The notes under the pieces were generated by a model. That model was not told where the DNA came from and made no database searches. It was given only the letters and a program-made list of their open reading frames with translations. DNA of 64,000 nt from the NCBI GenBank assembly GCA_963726745.1, contig CAVSDR010000007.1, positions 77,817 to 141,816 of the forward strand, written 5' to 3'. The stretch is from an uncultured Verrucomicrobiae bacterium (GTDB taxonomy: Bacteria; Verrucomicrobiota; Verrucomicrobiia; Chthoniobacterales; UBA10450). Below, piece after piece: positions 9,168 to 18,740 of the stretch. How positions within the stretch are numbered: the stretch's first letter is position 1; every line of letters starts with the position of its first letter. The position numbers and the translations under genes are program-made.

Positions 9168-10778
9168 TTAAGCAGCGACCAGAAATTCCTCGCCCGGGAG
9201 CAAGGGCCGGTCGGTAAATGCGGGGCCGCCGCCGGCGCTGCGCGGATGATGCACCCGGATTTGCAAAGGGGGCAACGCATCGGCTTCCGTCCCGAGCGCG
9301 CGCAAGCCGAGGCCTTCGCCGCTGGCGAAGGAAGCGGCGCGGCGTTTGCGGAACCAGGCGACCGCTTCGCCCGCTGTCGCCGACCACACTTTTTGTGCGC
9401 GCAATTGCTCGAGCAATTCCCGGTAAGGCTGCTCCCACAAGCGTTCCGGCGCGAGGCTGCGGTCGTGCCAGTTCACCGTCAGCACTCCGCCAAAGCGCTG
9501 ACTATTTTTAATGAAGGTGGCGATGACTTCCCCGGCTTCGGCCTCGCGCAGGTGAAGGTAGGAGGGATAGAAAAGCGCCGTGTCCATCAGGTGGAGCGGG
9601 AGTTCGAGGAGGCGCTGGGCCTTGGCTGGCTGGAAAACTTGAGTGGTTCCGTTCCGATAACCGACGCTTTCATTGTAACCCAAACTCGAATCGTAGGAGT
9701 AGCCGGCAGCTTCCAAGACCGCGGGCGAATTGGATCCAAAGAAAAGCCAATGCATGCGCACGCCGATTTCGTCCGTTCCAAGGTAAGCCTGCAACGCGGC
9801 CTGTTCCTGGCGACCGAGCTCGGCATCGCGCCAGGCATCGATTCCGTGAACCGCGATTTCATTCCCGGCCGAGTGCAAACGCTCCAAGTCTTCCCGGACA
9901 TCGGCCAATTCGTAAGCGGCGGCGCGTTTCGTCTGTTCCCGACCGGAGGCATCGAGGCCGGGCCGGCCTTTCATCGGGATGAAGAAGAAAGTGGAGACAA
10001 AGTCGCGTTCCAGTTCGAGGTAATGCGCAACCTCATCCCAGAGATCGCGCGCCTGGCCGGAGTAAATAGCCGGCAAGCTCACGGCCGCTTTCCAGTTTCG
10101 CACTAATTGCGCAAGGCTCTTCCTGCCGGTGAGCGCGTCGACGATGGAACGACCGAAAGCTCGCGCGAGAAAGCCGAACGCGGTGTGATCCCAGCGGTGG
10201 CACTTGATCCGCGGATGGTCAACGTCGTGCGTCAGGCAGACGGTAAAATCATAACCCGCCGGGACGGGCGGGATCTCAACGACGGAAACTCCGTGCTCGA
10301 TCAGCAATTCCCGCAAGATCGCGATGTGAAGATCAAGCGTCGGGGACCCGGCGAACTCCGCTGGTTGTCCCTGCTCCAGGAGATGCCGAACCTCCGCGAA
10401 AAGATCGTAACCAATGCGCAGGATGACCTGTCCCGCGCGCGCCTCCTTGCGAAAGAGAGAGCGACTGTCGCCCATTCGCAGCAAGCTTTCAGCGGAACGC
10501 GGGAAGCTCATGCAGGTCCCATAAAGCGGCAGTAATTCGTCGTGGTAGCGCGTGGGCACCCCCTGCACCGGAGCACCCAAGTCGTCGTCTAGTTCCCCGC
10601 AAGCTTGTGAGCCGTAAAACAGGACCAGGCGTGCGGAGCTTGGCGGAAGCTGGCCGGTGGTGCAGAGGAGCACGTCTTCTTCGTCCCCTGGCTCGGCAAA
10701 ATGCCAGGGAGTCTTAAAGAGCTCAAAGAACTCTCGCGCGATTGCGCGTTCCTCGTCTTTAACCGCCACGGCAATCAT
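9168..10778 (-). CDS. Polysaccharide deacetylase-like (NodB fold) protein
   Basis: CLTHDVD, EIAVHG, GVRMHWL, YDSSLG, LHLMDT, VNWH. Confidence 0.75.
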   Translation of the reverse strand: MIAVAVKDEERAIAREFFELFKTPWHFAEPGDEEDVLLCTTGQLPPSSARLVLFYGSQACGELDDDLGAPVQGVPTRYHDELLPLYGTCMSFPRSAESLLRMGDSRSLFRKEARAGQVILRIGYDLFAEVRHLLEQGQPAEFAGSPTLDLHIAILRELLIEHGVSVVEIPPVPAGYDFTVCLTHDVDHPRIKCHRWDHTAFGFLARAFGRSIVDALTGRKSLAQLVRNWKAAVSLPAIYSGQARDLWDEVAHYLELERDFVSTFFFIPMKGRPGLDASGREQTKRAAAYELADVREDLERLHSAGNEIAVHGIDAWRDAELGRQEQAALQAYLGTDEIGVRMHWLFFGSNSPAVLEAAGYSYDSSLGYNESVGYRNGTTQVFQPAKAQRLLELPLHLMDTALFYPSYLHLREAEAGEVIATFIKNSQRFGGVLTVNWHDRSLAPERLWEQPYRELLEQLRAQKVWSATAGEAVAWFRKRRAASFASGEGLGLRALGTEADALPPLQIRVHHPRSAGGGPAFTDRPLLPGEEFLVAA

Positions 10779-10786
10779 ACCTAGTT

Positions 10787-13018
10787 CTAGAACAAGCCGC
10801 TGATGGCATTCAGCAGGGCGGCCTTTTCCCGCGTCCAGGTGTGCGCCAGGTAGACTTGCTGGCCGCGGCCGACGGTTCCCAATACTTCCTCGCGATGCCG
10901 CGCCGCGAACCGAATCTTATCCGCAAGATCGTCGGCATTCCCGAGCTCGAAGTAGAGCAAGTCGTCCGAGCCAAAGTAATCGCGAATGCCTTCCGCCTCG
11001 GGCGCGATCACCGGCTTGCCGAGGGCGAGGTATTCAAAGATGCGCGTGGGCGTGTTGATCTCGGTAAAGATGTTGCGGTGATTCGGAATGATGCCGAGAT
11101 CGCACTGTTGGATCGCCTCGACGATGCCGTGGACGTTCTTCGGGCCGAGGTAATCGATATGCTCCGCGAGGCCGCGCTCGCGCGCGGAAGCGACCACGGT
11201 ATCGAAGAATCCGGTGCGTCCTCCACAGACGACAAGACGCGCTTGCGGGAGCGTTTCGCGCACGCGCTCCAGCGCATCCACCGCGAGGTCGAAGCCATTT
11301 CGCGGGACGAGCGAGCCGTGGTAAAGGATGGTGAAAGGACGCTCGGACGCGTGATGTCCGTTCGTTCCATGGCCATTGAGCGAGCCGTTCGCGGTCGTAG
11401 TCGGCTGGAATTGAAAGATGGCGTCGTCGGGGGAATTCAGGACCACGGTGATCTTGTCGGCGGCGCAACTGCGGCTGGAGTAGATCTTCTTGCAGGCCAG
11501 GTTCACCGTCAGGATGACGTCGGCAAAACCGATGCTCCAGCGCTCGAGCTTCTTCAACAGGCGCACGCTCAGGCTCTTTTCCGGAAGCCGGAAAATGGTC
11601 TGCATCAATTCCGGCATCGGATCGTGCAGATCGAGGATAACTTTGGCGCCAAAGAGCTTGGGAACAGCGGCGCTGAAGGCAAGGACGTCGGGCATGTTGT
11701 GCACATGCACGAAGTCATAGCGCCGGCGGAGAGAACGCATGGCCAGCTGCGCGAAACAGATCGCGAGGAAGGCGGAGTATTGCCCGATGTAACTTAATTT
11801 GCCGGCGCGATGGCGTTTCAGGGGCACCCGGTAAACGTGAATGTTGCCGAAGCTTTCGTGACTGGGCTGCTCGTGGTCGTCACGATCGTCGCGCAGGCAG
11901 ATGACGTCGATCGATACTCCTTCCGCGGCCAGCGCTTCAGCCGCGCGGCGCGGCCGAGGATCTGCGGGGTAGTGTGAGAAGAGCACCACAGCGGCGCGCT
12001 TGCCGCGCAGGCGGCGGAGCTTAGGCGAACGCGGGATGGCATTCGGGGCCGCGGTCGTGAGTTGATGCTCGCGCTCGCGCTTAACTTCGGCGGCAACTTC
12101 CCGAGGCAAAGGATGCCAATACTCCCCGGCGTAACGCTCGCGCAGGTAGCTAAGAAACTCGCGGTAAAGTTCCACCGGATACTCCGTCGATTTCCGCCGG
12201 CCGGTCCCGAAGGACATGTAATCCGGGTGGGTATCGAGCAGGACCATGCCGCCGTGTTGCGCGATCCAATCGAGCTTGCGCATCCAAATTTCCGGGGTGG
12301 TCTCGCGCAAGAGCAGGAAGAGGGTGGAATCCTGGGGCAGCGTGTAAGGGAGTTCCACGTAGCCTTGGCTGGAGGCGCCGGCGCCATTGCCGGCGGCCCC
12401 ATTCTCGGCCGCTTCATTTCCCACCCAGAAGGGGAAAATCGTGTGCCGACCTTCGGGCTGCGGCTCGAAAGGATCGGTGTCGAAAGTGGAAGCGTCGTAT
12501 TGGATGCCGAGCTCGTGCATCCACTCGAGTTTGTGCAGCATGAAACCGGAACGAAAACCGGCGGCACCCCACTCGCGGAGGTAATGATTAATGCGCTGCG
12601 CCTTCTGCTTAAACTCGCGGCGCGATTGGTAAAGGCGCCCATCGTGTTGCAGATCGTGCACCCCGACTTCGAAGCCTTGGGCAGTCAGGTCATCGCGCAA
12701 TTCGCGCGGCACCGTGTAACCACCTTCGGGAATGAAGTTGAAGGAAGAGCGGAAGCCGAGTTCCTGCTCCACCTGCATGAGCTCGCGGCATTTCTTTAGT
12801 CCGACCTGCGCCTCGACGTCGTGGGTCAGGACGAGCGCGAACTTCTTGCCTTCGGGCCAGCCGCGCCAGCCATCGGGCGGCGCTTCCGAGCCGGGCATGA
12901 TCGGCCAGGTGTCGCGCACATGGTCGCGCAGGCGCATGGCGAAATTTCGCCGAATGGCCGTGCGCAGAGCCTGTGGCACGAACGGCTTTACACGATAGTA
13001 GATTTTATTGCGTAACAC
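10787..13018 (-). CDS. Fusion of an N-terminal polysaccharide deacetylase-like domain and a C-terminal GT4 glycosyltransferase
   Basis: N-terminus LTHDVE/EVGVHD/ELPYTLPQD/DTHPDY; C-terminus HVHNMPD/YHGSL/PTRIFEYLALGKPVI. Confidence 0.85.
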   Translation of the reverse strand: MLRNKIYYRVKPFVPQALRTAIRRNFAMRLRDHVRDTWPIMPGSEAPPDGWRGWPEGKKFALVLTHDVEAQVGLKKCRELMQVEQELGFRSSFNFIPEGGYTVPRELRDDLTAQGFEVGVHDLQHDGRLYQSRREFKQKAQRINHYLREWGAAGFRSGFMLHKLEWMHELGIQYDASTFDTDPFEPQPEGRHTIFPFWVGNEAAENGAAGNGAGASSQGYVELPYTLPQDSTLFLLLRETTPEIWMRKLDWIAQHGGMVLLDTHPDYMSFGTGRRKSTEYPVELYREFLSYLRERYAGEYWHPLPREVAAEVKREREHQLTTAAPNAIPRSPKLRRLRGKRAAVVLFSHYPADPRPRRAAEALAAEGVSIDVICLRDDRDDHEQPSHESFGNIHVYRVPLKRHRAGKLSYIGQYSAFLAICFAQLAMRSLRRRYDFVHVHNMPDVLAFSAAVPKLFGAKVILDLHDPMPELMQTIFRLPEKSLSVRLLKKLERWSIGFADVILTVNLACKKIYSSRSCAADKITVVLNSPDDAIFQFQPTTTANGSLNGHGTNGHHASERPFTILYHGSLVPRNGFDLAVDALERVRETLPQARLVVCGGRTGFFDTVVASARERGLAEHIDYLGPKNVHGIVEAIQQCDLGIIPNHRNIFTEINTPTRIFEYLALGKPVIAPEAEGIRDYFGSDDLLYFELGNADDLADKIRFAARHREEVLGTVGRGQQVYLAHTWTREKAALLNAISGLF

Positions 13019-13107
13019 AGGTGTGAACGCTCAGGTGGCATCCAGCGGCGGATGCCTTTTCGGGATGTGGTCGCCGGCTGCGGGTGACAGTCGGACGACG
13101 GTCGCGA

Positions 13108-15273
13108 CTAGGAGTCGCTGTGAAGCCACTCCGGGGTATAGGAGTGCGCTTTGTTGAAGACCATCGAGACGTTATCGCGACCTGCGATCAAGGCCTCGTA
13201 GCCGCGTTTGACGGTCTCGCGGGCGTTCTTCTCGCCTTCCACGACGAGCAGCATCTTATCCATGAACCCGGCCATGCCGAGCGTAGGACTGGTCTGGTTT
13301 AGCGGCGGCATGTCGAAGATAATGTAGTCAAAGTCGCTCGCCTTGAGGTTCGGCATCAGGTCGAAGAATTTCTTCAAGCCGAGCTGCGCCGGACCGGTGT
13401 TTTGGCTCGCGACCGTGGCCAGGTAAAGGTTATCGGCAGCGGGCGGAACGCCGTTGTCGAGCTGGAGCGCCGCGCCGAGGGATAGCGCCGGGCGGCCATC
13501 GAAAAACGGATGCACCTCGCCTTGGCCGACATTCAGGTCGACCAGGAGCACTTTGCCTTCACCAAGCTCGGAAAAGGAAGCGGCCAGGCCCGCGGCCAAG
13601 GTCGAAGCGCCCGCGCCTTTCTTGAAGCCGGTTACGCCGACGAGCTTCGGCTTATGGGTCATGCGGTTGAGCTCGAAGTAAAGTCCCAGGCGATCGCGAA
13701 TGGCCTCGGTGTAAGGCCGGATAAAGTGCCCGGCCTCCCAAGGCATCGGGCCGCCACCGCCTTTGACTAAGGCTGAGCCGTTGCCGCTGTGGCGCCCGTT
13801 CTTTTTCCAAGGTAAGCGCAGTCGGCTGGCTCCATTCTGCCGGCAATCTGGAATGGCCACGAGGAGACGTGTGCCCAGGCGCTTTTCGAGTTCGATCGGG
13901 CGCTTAATTGTTTGGTTAAGGAGCAACTCGAACAAAAGAGTCAGCGCGATGGCGGCACCGATCCCGCCCCCGGCCAGGCCCATGACGATCTTGTCGCGCT
14001 TGCCAAACACACGCGCGGGCACGCTGGGACGCTGGACCGCGCTGATGTTCGGCATCTTCGAAGGATCTAACGCTTCGTCCACGCGCGCCTTTTCCAGGGT
14101 GCCCTTGAAGTACTTGTAGTTGGCGACTTCCAATTCCTGGTTGCGTTCGAGGTCGGCGATCTGCGAGCCGACTTCGGAAAGCTTGCGGATGCCGTCGCGG
14201 ATGTTCGTCAGGCGCTGCTTCAGCCGCTCGGATTTAGTCAGCAATCCGACCAGCTTGGCTTGTTCGCCCCCGAGCGTGAGTGCCGGACTGCCGTTCGCGG
14301 CGCCGCCGGCGATTTCGGGAAATTTCTCCTCCATCTCCGCGCGCTCCTTCTCCAGGTCGGCGATCTGCTTTTGGTGGAACTTCACGATCACGTTGTCCTC
14401 GGTGTACTTCGAGAGCACCTCCAACTCGGCGGCGCGCAGCCGTTCCAGGCGCTGGACCACTGCCTGGTAATGCTGCACATCCTTGCTCTGCACCCCGCGG
14501 GCGGTCTTTTTGCTGTCGACCGGGGCGATCGGGATCTGCTCCATCATCTTCACGCGCGCGGCCTGGTCGGCGATCTCCTCCTCGGTCGTCTGGAGTTGTT
14601 CCTGCACCTTGTTCAAGCTCGCACTCAGGGAAGCGGTACTGTCGGCTAACGAGACGATGCCTGCCTTGGACTTCAAGGCGCGCAACGCATCTTCGGTTTC
14701 GTTCAGGCGCGCATGCACCTGGTCGGTCTGCTGGGTCACGAAGTCGAACGCGCCTGCGGAACGGTGGACTTCGAGGTGTTTGTTGAAATAGCGATTCACC
14801 AATTCATCGAGCACCAGGCGCGCGAGATCGGGGTCGGCGTTCCGGTAGGCGACGAAGATGATGTTGCTCGAGCCGCTCGGCACCACCGTGAGCCCACCCG
14901 CGACCACGCCGGCCGCTTCAGTCATCGAAGGTTGCCCGGTCGCTCCCGGGATGAGGCGCTGCGGCCCGAGCGCTTCCGCCACCTGCACCGCGAGGTCCCA
15001 ACTGGTGATGATCTCCACCTCGGAGCCGATGATGTTCGCGGCCATCTTCCCGGAATTCGCATCGGGATCGATCGGCGTCCGCTCCATCACGTAACGCACC
15101 AGCAGCTTCGCGTGCGATTCATACATCGGGGTGTAGAGGATCTGCACGGTCACAGCGGCGATCACCCCAACGATTCCGCATAGGAGGATCTTCCACTTAT
15201 GCTTGAAGATGGCGAAGAGGATGTCGCCTAAACTCATCCCCGAGTAATGATTGTCTGTGAGCTCGTCTGCCAT
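13108..15273 (-). CDS. Wzc/GumC-like polysaccharide co-polymerase with a degenerate kinase domain
   Basis: Wzz-type N-terminal TM, coiled coil, second TM, VLLVDLN and IIFDMPP. Walker A reads GFKKGAGAST. Confidence 0.85.
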   Translation of the reverse strand: MADELTDNHYSGMSLGDILFAIFKHKWKILLCGIVGVIAAVTVQILYTPMYESHAKLLVRYVMERTPIDPDANSGKMAANIIGSEVEIITSWDLAVQVAEALGPQRLIPGATGQPSMTEAAGVVAGGLTVVPSGSSNIIFVAYRNADPDLARLVLDELVNRYFNKHLEVHRSAGAFDFVTQQTDQVHARLNETEDALRALKSKAGIVSLADSTASLSASLNKVQEQLQTTEEEIADQAARVKMMEQIPIAPVDSKKTARGVQSKDVQHYQAVVQRLERLRAAELEVLSKYTEDNVIVKFHQKQIADLEKERAEMEEKFPEIAGGAANGSPALTLGGEQAKLVGLLTKSERLKQRLTNIRDGIRKLSEVGSQIADLERNQELEVANYKYFKGTLEKARVDEALDPSKMPNISAVQRPSVPARVFGKRDKIVMGLAGGGIGAAIALTLLFELLLNQTIKRPIELEKRLGTRLLVAIPDCRQNGASRLRLPWKKNGRHSGNGSALVKGGGGPMPWEAGHFIRPYTEAIRDRLGLYFELNRMTHKPKLVGVTGFKKGAGASTLAAGLAASFSELGEGKVLLVDLNVGQGEVHPFFDGRPALSLGAALQLDNGVPPAADNLYLATVASQNTGPAQLGLKKFFDLMPNLKASDFDYIIFDMPPLNQTSPTLGMAGFMDKMLLVVEGEKNARETVKRGYEALIAGRDNVSMVFNKAHSYTPEWLHSDS

Positions 15274-15291
15274 GAGAGGGATTGCGGTGCC

Positions 15292-16434
15292 TTAGTCGAG
15301 ATGTGGGTAGACTAATTTCCCCAGGAGCTTGTTCACTGAAATTGGTAAATGGCGGAAGATTCCGGCGGCCCGACCCGCGAGGTCAGCGCCGCCGGCGATC
15401 CAGTCGCCGCTGGCGTCGCCGCGGTAATATTCCATCGTTTCCTCGAGCGCGCCCCAGCCGAGCTTAAAGCGCCGGAGCCCGTCGTTGCCCTGGGCGGTGC
15501 GGCCGAAGTGAAGTTGCCGGCTGCCGTTCGCTGCGAGATAGCGCATGGCTTCCCACATCGCCAGATTGCTCGCGCGAAATTCCTGCCCGCGCTCGTCGGA
15601 GGCGCCAAATTTATACAGCGCATTCTTGCCAAAGGTGAAGAAGACCGCGCCAGCCAGCGGGCGTCCGCCACGGCGGGCGAGGACGACAAAGCCAAGGCCT
15701 TGCTTGATCAGATGCTCGTGGATGTTCGAGAAAAACTTCCGCGATTGCGGGGGCGCGCCATGCCGGCGGCGGGTGCGGCAATGCAGCCGGTAATATTCGG
15801 CTATGGCTTCGCGGGAGCGCGAGACCCGGGCGGTCACGCCGCTGCGTTCCGCCTTCGCGAGATTTCGCCGGACGCTGCCGGCGAGATTCGCGCGCAGCGC
15901 TGTCGGACCGACGCCAAGGTCGAGCTTGTGACCGTAAAAGGTCTCTGCGGCCGGTGCCATTCCATCGAGGGAAGGCGCGCCGCGCAGCTCGAAGTGCTTC
16001 CACCCGCGCTCGGTCGCGAGGGCGGAAAGATGATCCAGGAGAGCCTGCTGTCTAAAACCTGGAAAGAAGAGCGGCGGAGAGAAATCGCTGAAAGGCAGAG
16101 CCACCGCGCGGCGACCGGTGAAAGCGCTCCGCACTTCCATTAACGGAAGCAGCGCGGCGGTTTTTCCCTCCTGCGAAAAGTGGAGGTAAAACGGACGATG
16201 CCCGTAGGTGGTGGTAAGCACCCGGGCCCACGCGGCGGTGTGGAAAGCAGTCGCCGCATCGTGCAGCGCGACCATTCGATCCCAATCGCCGAAAGCGAAG
16301 GGGTCCACCGTCGTAACCCGGCAAACCTGAGGCGCACTCTCCGTTTCCAAATTGCTCCCGCCAAAACGGGCACGACTGCTGATAGCAGGCTGCCGCGACA
16401 GCGGGAAGCTCTCTCGTTCGCCAAAGGAAGCCAT
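15292..16434 (-). CDS. FemAB-related GNAT protein (polysaccharide-associated)
   Basis: ALPFSD, VRRNLAKAERSGV, YKFGASD, HFGRT...GLRRFKLGWG. Start uncertain. Confidence 0.8.
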   Translation of the reverse strand: MASFGERESFPLSRQPAISSRARFGGSNLETESAPQVCRVTTVDPFAFGDWDRMVALHDAATAFHTAAWARVLTTTYGHRPFYLHFSQEGKTAALLPLMEVRSAFTGRRAVALPFSDFSPPLFFPGFRQQALLDHLSALATERGWKHFELRGAPSLDGMAPAAETFYGHKLDLGVGPTALRANLAGSVRRNLAKAERSGVTARVSRSREAIAEYYRLHCRTRRRHGAPPQSRKFFSNIHEHLIKQGLGFVVLARRGGRPLAGAVFFTFGKNALYKFGASDERGQEFRASNLAMWEAMRYLAANGSRQLHFGRTAQGNDGLRRFKLGWGALEETMEYYRGDASGDWIAGGADLAGRAAGIFRHLPISVNKLLGKLVYPHLD

Positions 16435-16448
16435 GATGCGGCTGGGTC

Positions 16449-17568
16449 TCAAGAAAGCGCGCCGACCGCCAGGCAATCCTTCACCGCGTGGGCAACGGTT
16501 TCGATCTGCTCGGGGGTTAACTCCGGAAACATTGGCAGCGAGATGAATTCATCGGAAGTCAGCTCCGAGATCGGGAAGGAGCCGCGCCGATGGCCGAGAC
16601 CAGCATACGCCTCCTGCAAATGCACCGGCACCGGATAGTGCACCCCGCAGCCGATGCCGCGCTCCTCGAGCGCGCGCAGCAGCTCGTCCCGCATCGGCAC
16701 CCGCAGGGCATAGATGTGGTAGACGTGTTTTGCGTAGGGCATTTCCACGGGCGGGCGCACATCCTCCACTCCCGCAAAGGCGCGCGTGTAGGCCGCGGCG
16801 TGGCTGCGGCGCAGTTCGTTCCCGCGCGCCAGATGTTGCAGTTTAATCCGCAGGACCGCGGCCTGGATGCCGTCCATGCGGCCGTTCCACCCAATCATCG
16901 TGTGATGGTATTTCCGCGACTGCCCATGGTCGCGCAGGGTGCGAATTTTCTCCGCGAGATCGGCCCGATCGGTCACGACCGCGCCGGCTTCGCCGAAGGC
17001 TCCAAGGTTCTTCCCCGGGTAAAAGCTGAAGCAAGCCGCGTCCGCCAGCCCCCCGACGCGGCGGCTGCGATACTCAGCGCCATGCGCCTGCGAAGCGTCC
17101 TCGATCACCGCGAGGCCATGCTCACGCGCGAAGGCCAGCGATCGGGTCCATGTCCGCCGACTGCCCGAAAAGGTGCACCGGCATGAGCGCCTTGGTGCGC
17201 GGCGTAAGCGCGGCGCGAAGCTGCGCCGGGTCCATCGTGTAGCTCTGCTCGTCGATGTCGACAAAAACAGGCGTCGCCCCGGTGTAGCTGATCGCCTCCG
17301 CCGTCGCCATGAAAGTGCTGGCTACGGTGATGACTTCGTCGCCCGGGCCGATGCCGAGCGCGAGGAGCGCAAACCAGAGCGCGTCGGTGCCATTGCCGAC
17401 GCCGCAGGCGTGGGCCACGCCGCAGAACTTCGCAAAATCTTGCTCGAATGCGGCCACGAACGGGCCGCCGGCAAAGGCACCGCTGTCCACCACTTCCTCG
17501 ATCGCACGGGAGAACTCCGTGCGATACGGAGCGTGATGTTTCTGGAGGTCGAGAAACGGAACTTTCAT
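16449..17568 (-). CDS. DegT-family aminotransferase, second copy, with one frameshift near 17140
   Basis: MKVPFLDL...VHLFGQSADMDPI (ORF 17122..17688) continues as AFAREHGL...EDASQAH...FYPGKNLGAFGEAG (ORF 16449..17264). Confidence 0.85.
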
Positions 17569-17641
17569 GCGAAAAGCTTGGCAGTCGTTAGGCAAAAAAT
17601 GGGCGCGGCGGCATCCGCGCGGTGGCGGAACTGGGCACGCC

Positions 17642-18736
17642 TCAGGCCACGGCGGCCACGGAGACGCGTCGCTTGCCGTTGGCTCCATCGACCGCGGGCG
17701 GAATCACGCTGTGGGTGCGCGAGAAACTCACCGGCGCGCCGTTGGCCTTGAGCGAGGCTGAGGAGGCCTCGAGGATGCGGACGAGGTCCAACCCGTCCTG
17801 GCCCCCGGTGTTGCACTCGATCCCCTGCTGGATGCAATCGACAAAGTGTTGGCACTCGATCTTCAGCGGCTCTTCCTGTTGGATGTGCGGGATGTAACTG
17901 TCGCCGTAGTGGTAGGAGTAATGAAATTCCGCAAACGTGTCGTAGTGCGGTGGACGCTCTACGCGCACGTCATAAACGCGGATCTTGCCGTGCGTTTTCA
18001 GGTCATCGTAAACGATCATGCGGCGCGTGCCGACGATAGTCATCTCGCGCACCTTGCGGGGCTCGAGCCAGCTGCTCTGGATGGTGGCAAAGCGCTTGTG
18101 CCGGAAAGTAAGCGACATATTGGTCACGTCCTCGATGTGCGGCGTAACGTGGCCATTTCCCTGGCAATTTACCGTCGTGGGAAACTCGCCGAGGATGTGC
18201 AGGATGATCGAGATGTCGTGCGGCGCGAGGTCCCAGGCGACATTGATGTCGTTCTGGAAGAGACCCAGGTTCAACCGGCGGGAATTGATATAGCGGATGT
18301 CGCCAAGGTCGCCGGCTTGCACAATTTCGCAGATTTTCCGGACGGGCGAGGAGTAGAGAAAAGTGTGCCCGACCATGAGCACCAGGCCATTGCGCTCAGC
18401 GATCTCGATCAGCTCCTGGCATTCCTCCGAGGAGGAGGCCATCGGTTTCTCGATCAAGGTGTGCTTGCCCGCGAGCAGCGAAGCTTTGGCGAGCGGGAAG
18501 TGATGCTTCACCGGCGTGGCGATGACGACCGCGTCGAGCTCCAGGCCGTTAAGAAAATGCTGGTAATCGGTCAGGCCCTCGACGTCGGGGTAAAGCGCCC
18601 GCATGTGCTTGAGGCGCGACTCGTTCACGTCGCACATGGCTTTGACCCGACAATTAGCCAGCGATTTGAAATTACGCACCAGGTTGGGACCCCAATAGCC
18701 GCAACCGATGACGCCGAGAGAAACAGGCTTATCCAT
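17642..18736 (-). CDS. Gfo/Idh/MocA sugar dehydrogenase, second copy
   Basis: GCGYWGPNLVRNF, EKP, DLAPHD, SWLEPRKVR. Confidence 0.92.
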   Translation of the reverse strand: MDKPVSLGVIGCGYWGPNLVRNFKSLANCRVKAMCDVNESRLKHMRALYPDVEGLTDYQHFLNGLELDAVVIATPVKHHFPLAKASLLAGKHTLIEKPMASSSEECQELIEIAERNGLVLMVGHTFLYSSPVRKICEIVQAGDLGDIRYINSRRLNLGLFQNDINVAWDLAPHDISIILHILGEFPTTVNCQGNGHVTPHIEDVTNMSLTFRHKRFATIQSSWLEPRKVREMTIVGTRRMIVYDDLKTHGKIRVYDVRVERPPHYDTFAEFHYSYHYGDSYIPHIQQEEPLKIECQHFVDCIQQGIECNTGGQDGLDLVRILEASSASLKANGAPVSFSRTHSVIPPAVDGANGKRRVSVAAVA

Positions 18737-18740
18737 GATG

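Noticed and set aside
13037..13060. Hairpin GGCATCC-N6-GGATGCC-TTTT as a terminator
   Set aside because: The T-tract is on the plus strand while both flanking genes are on the minus strand, so a terminator role is unsupported.
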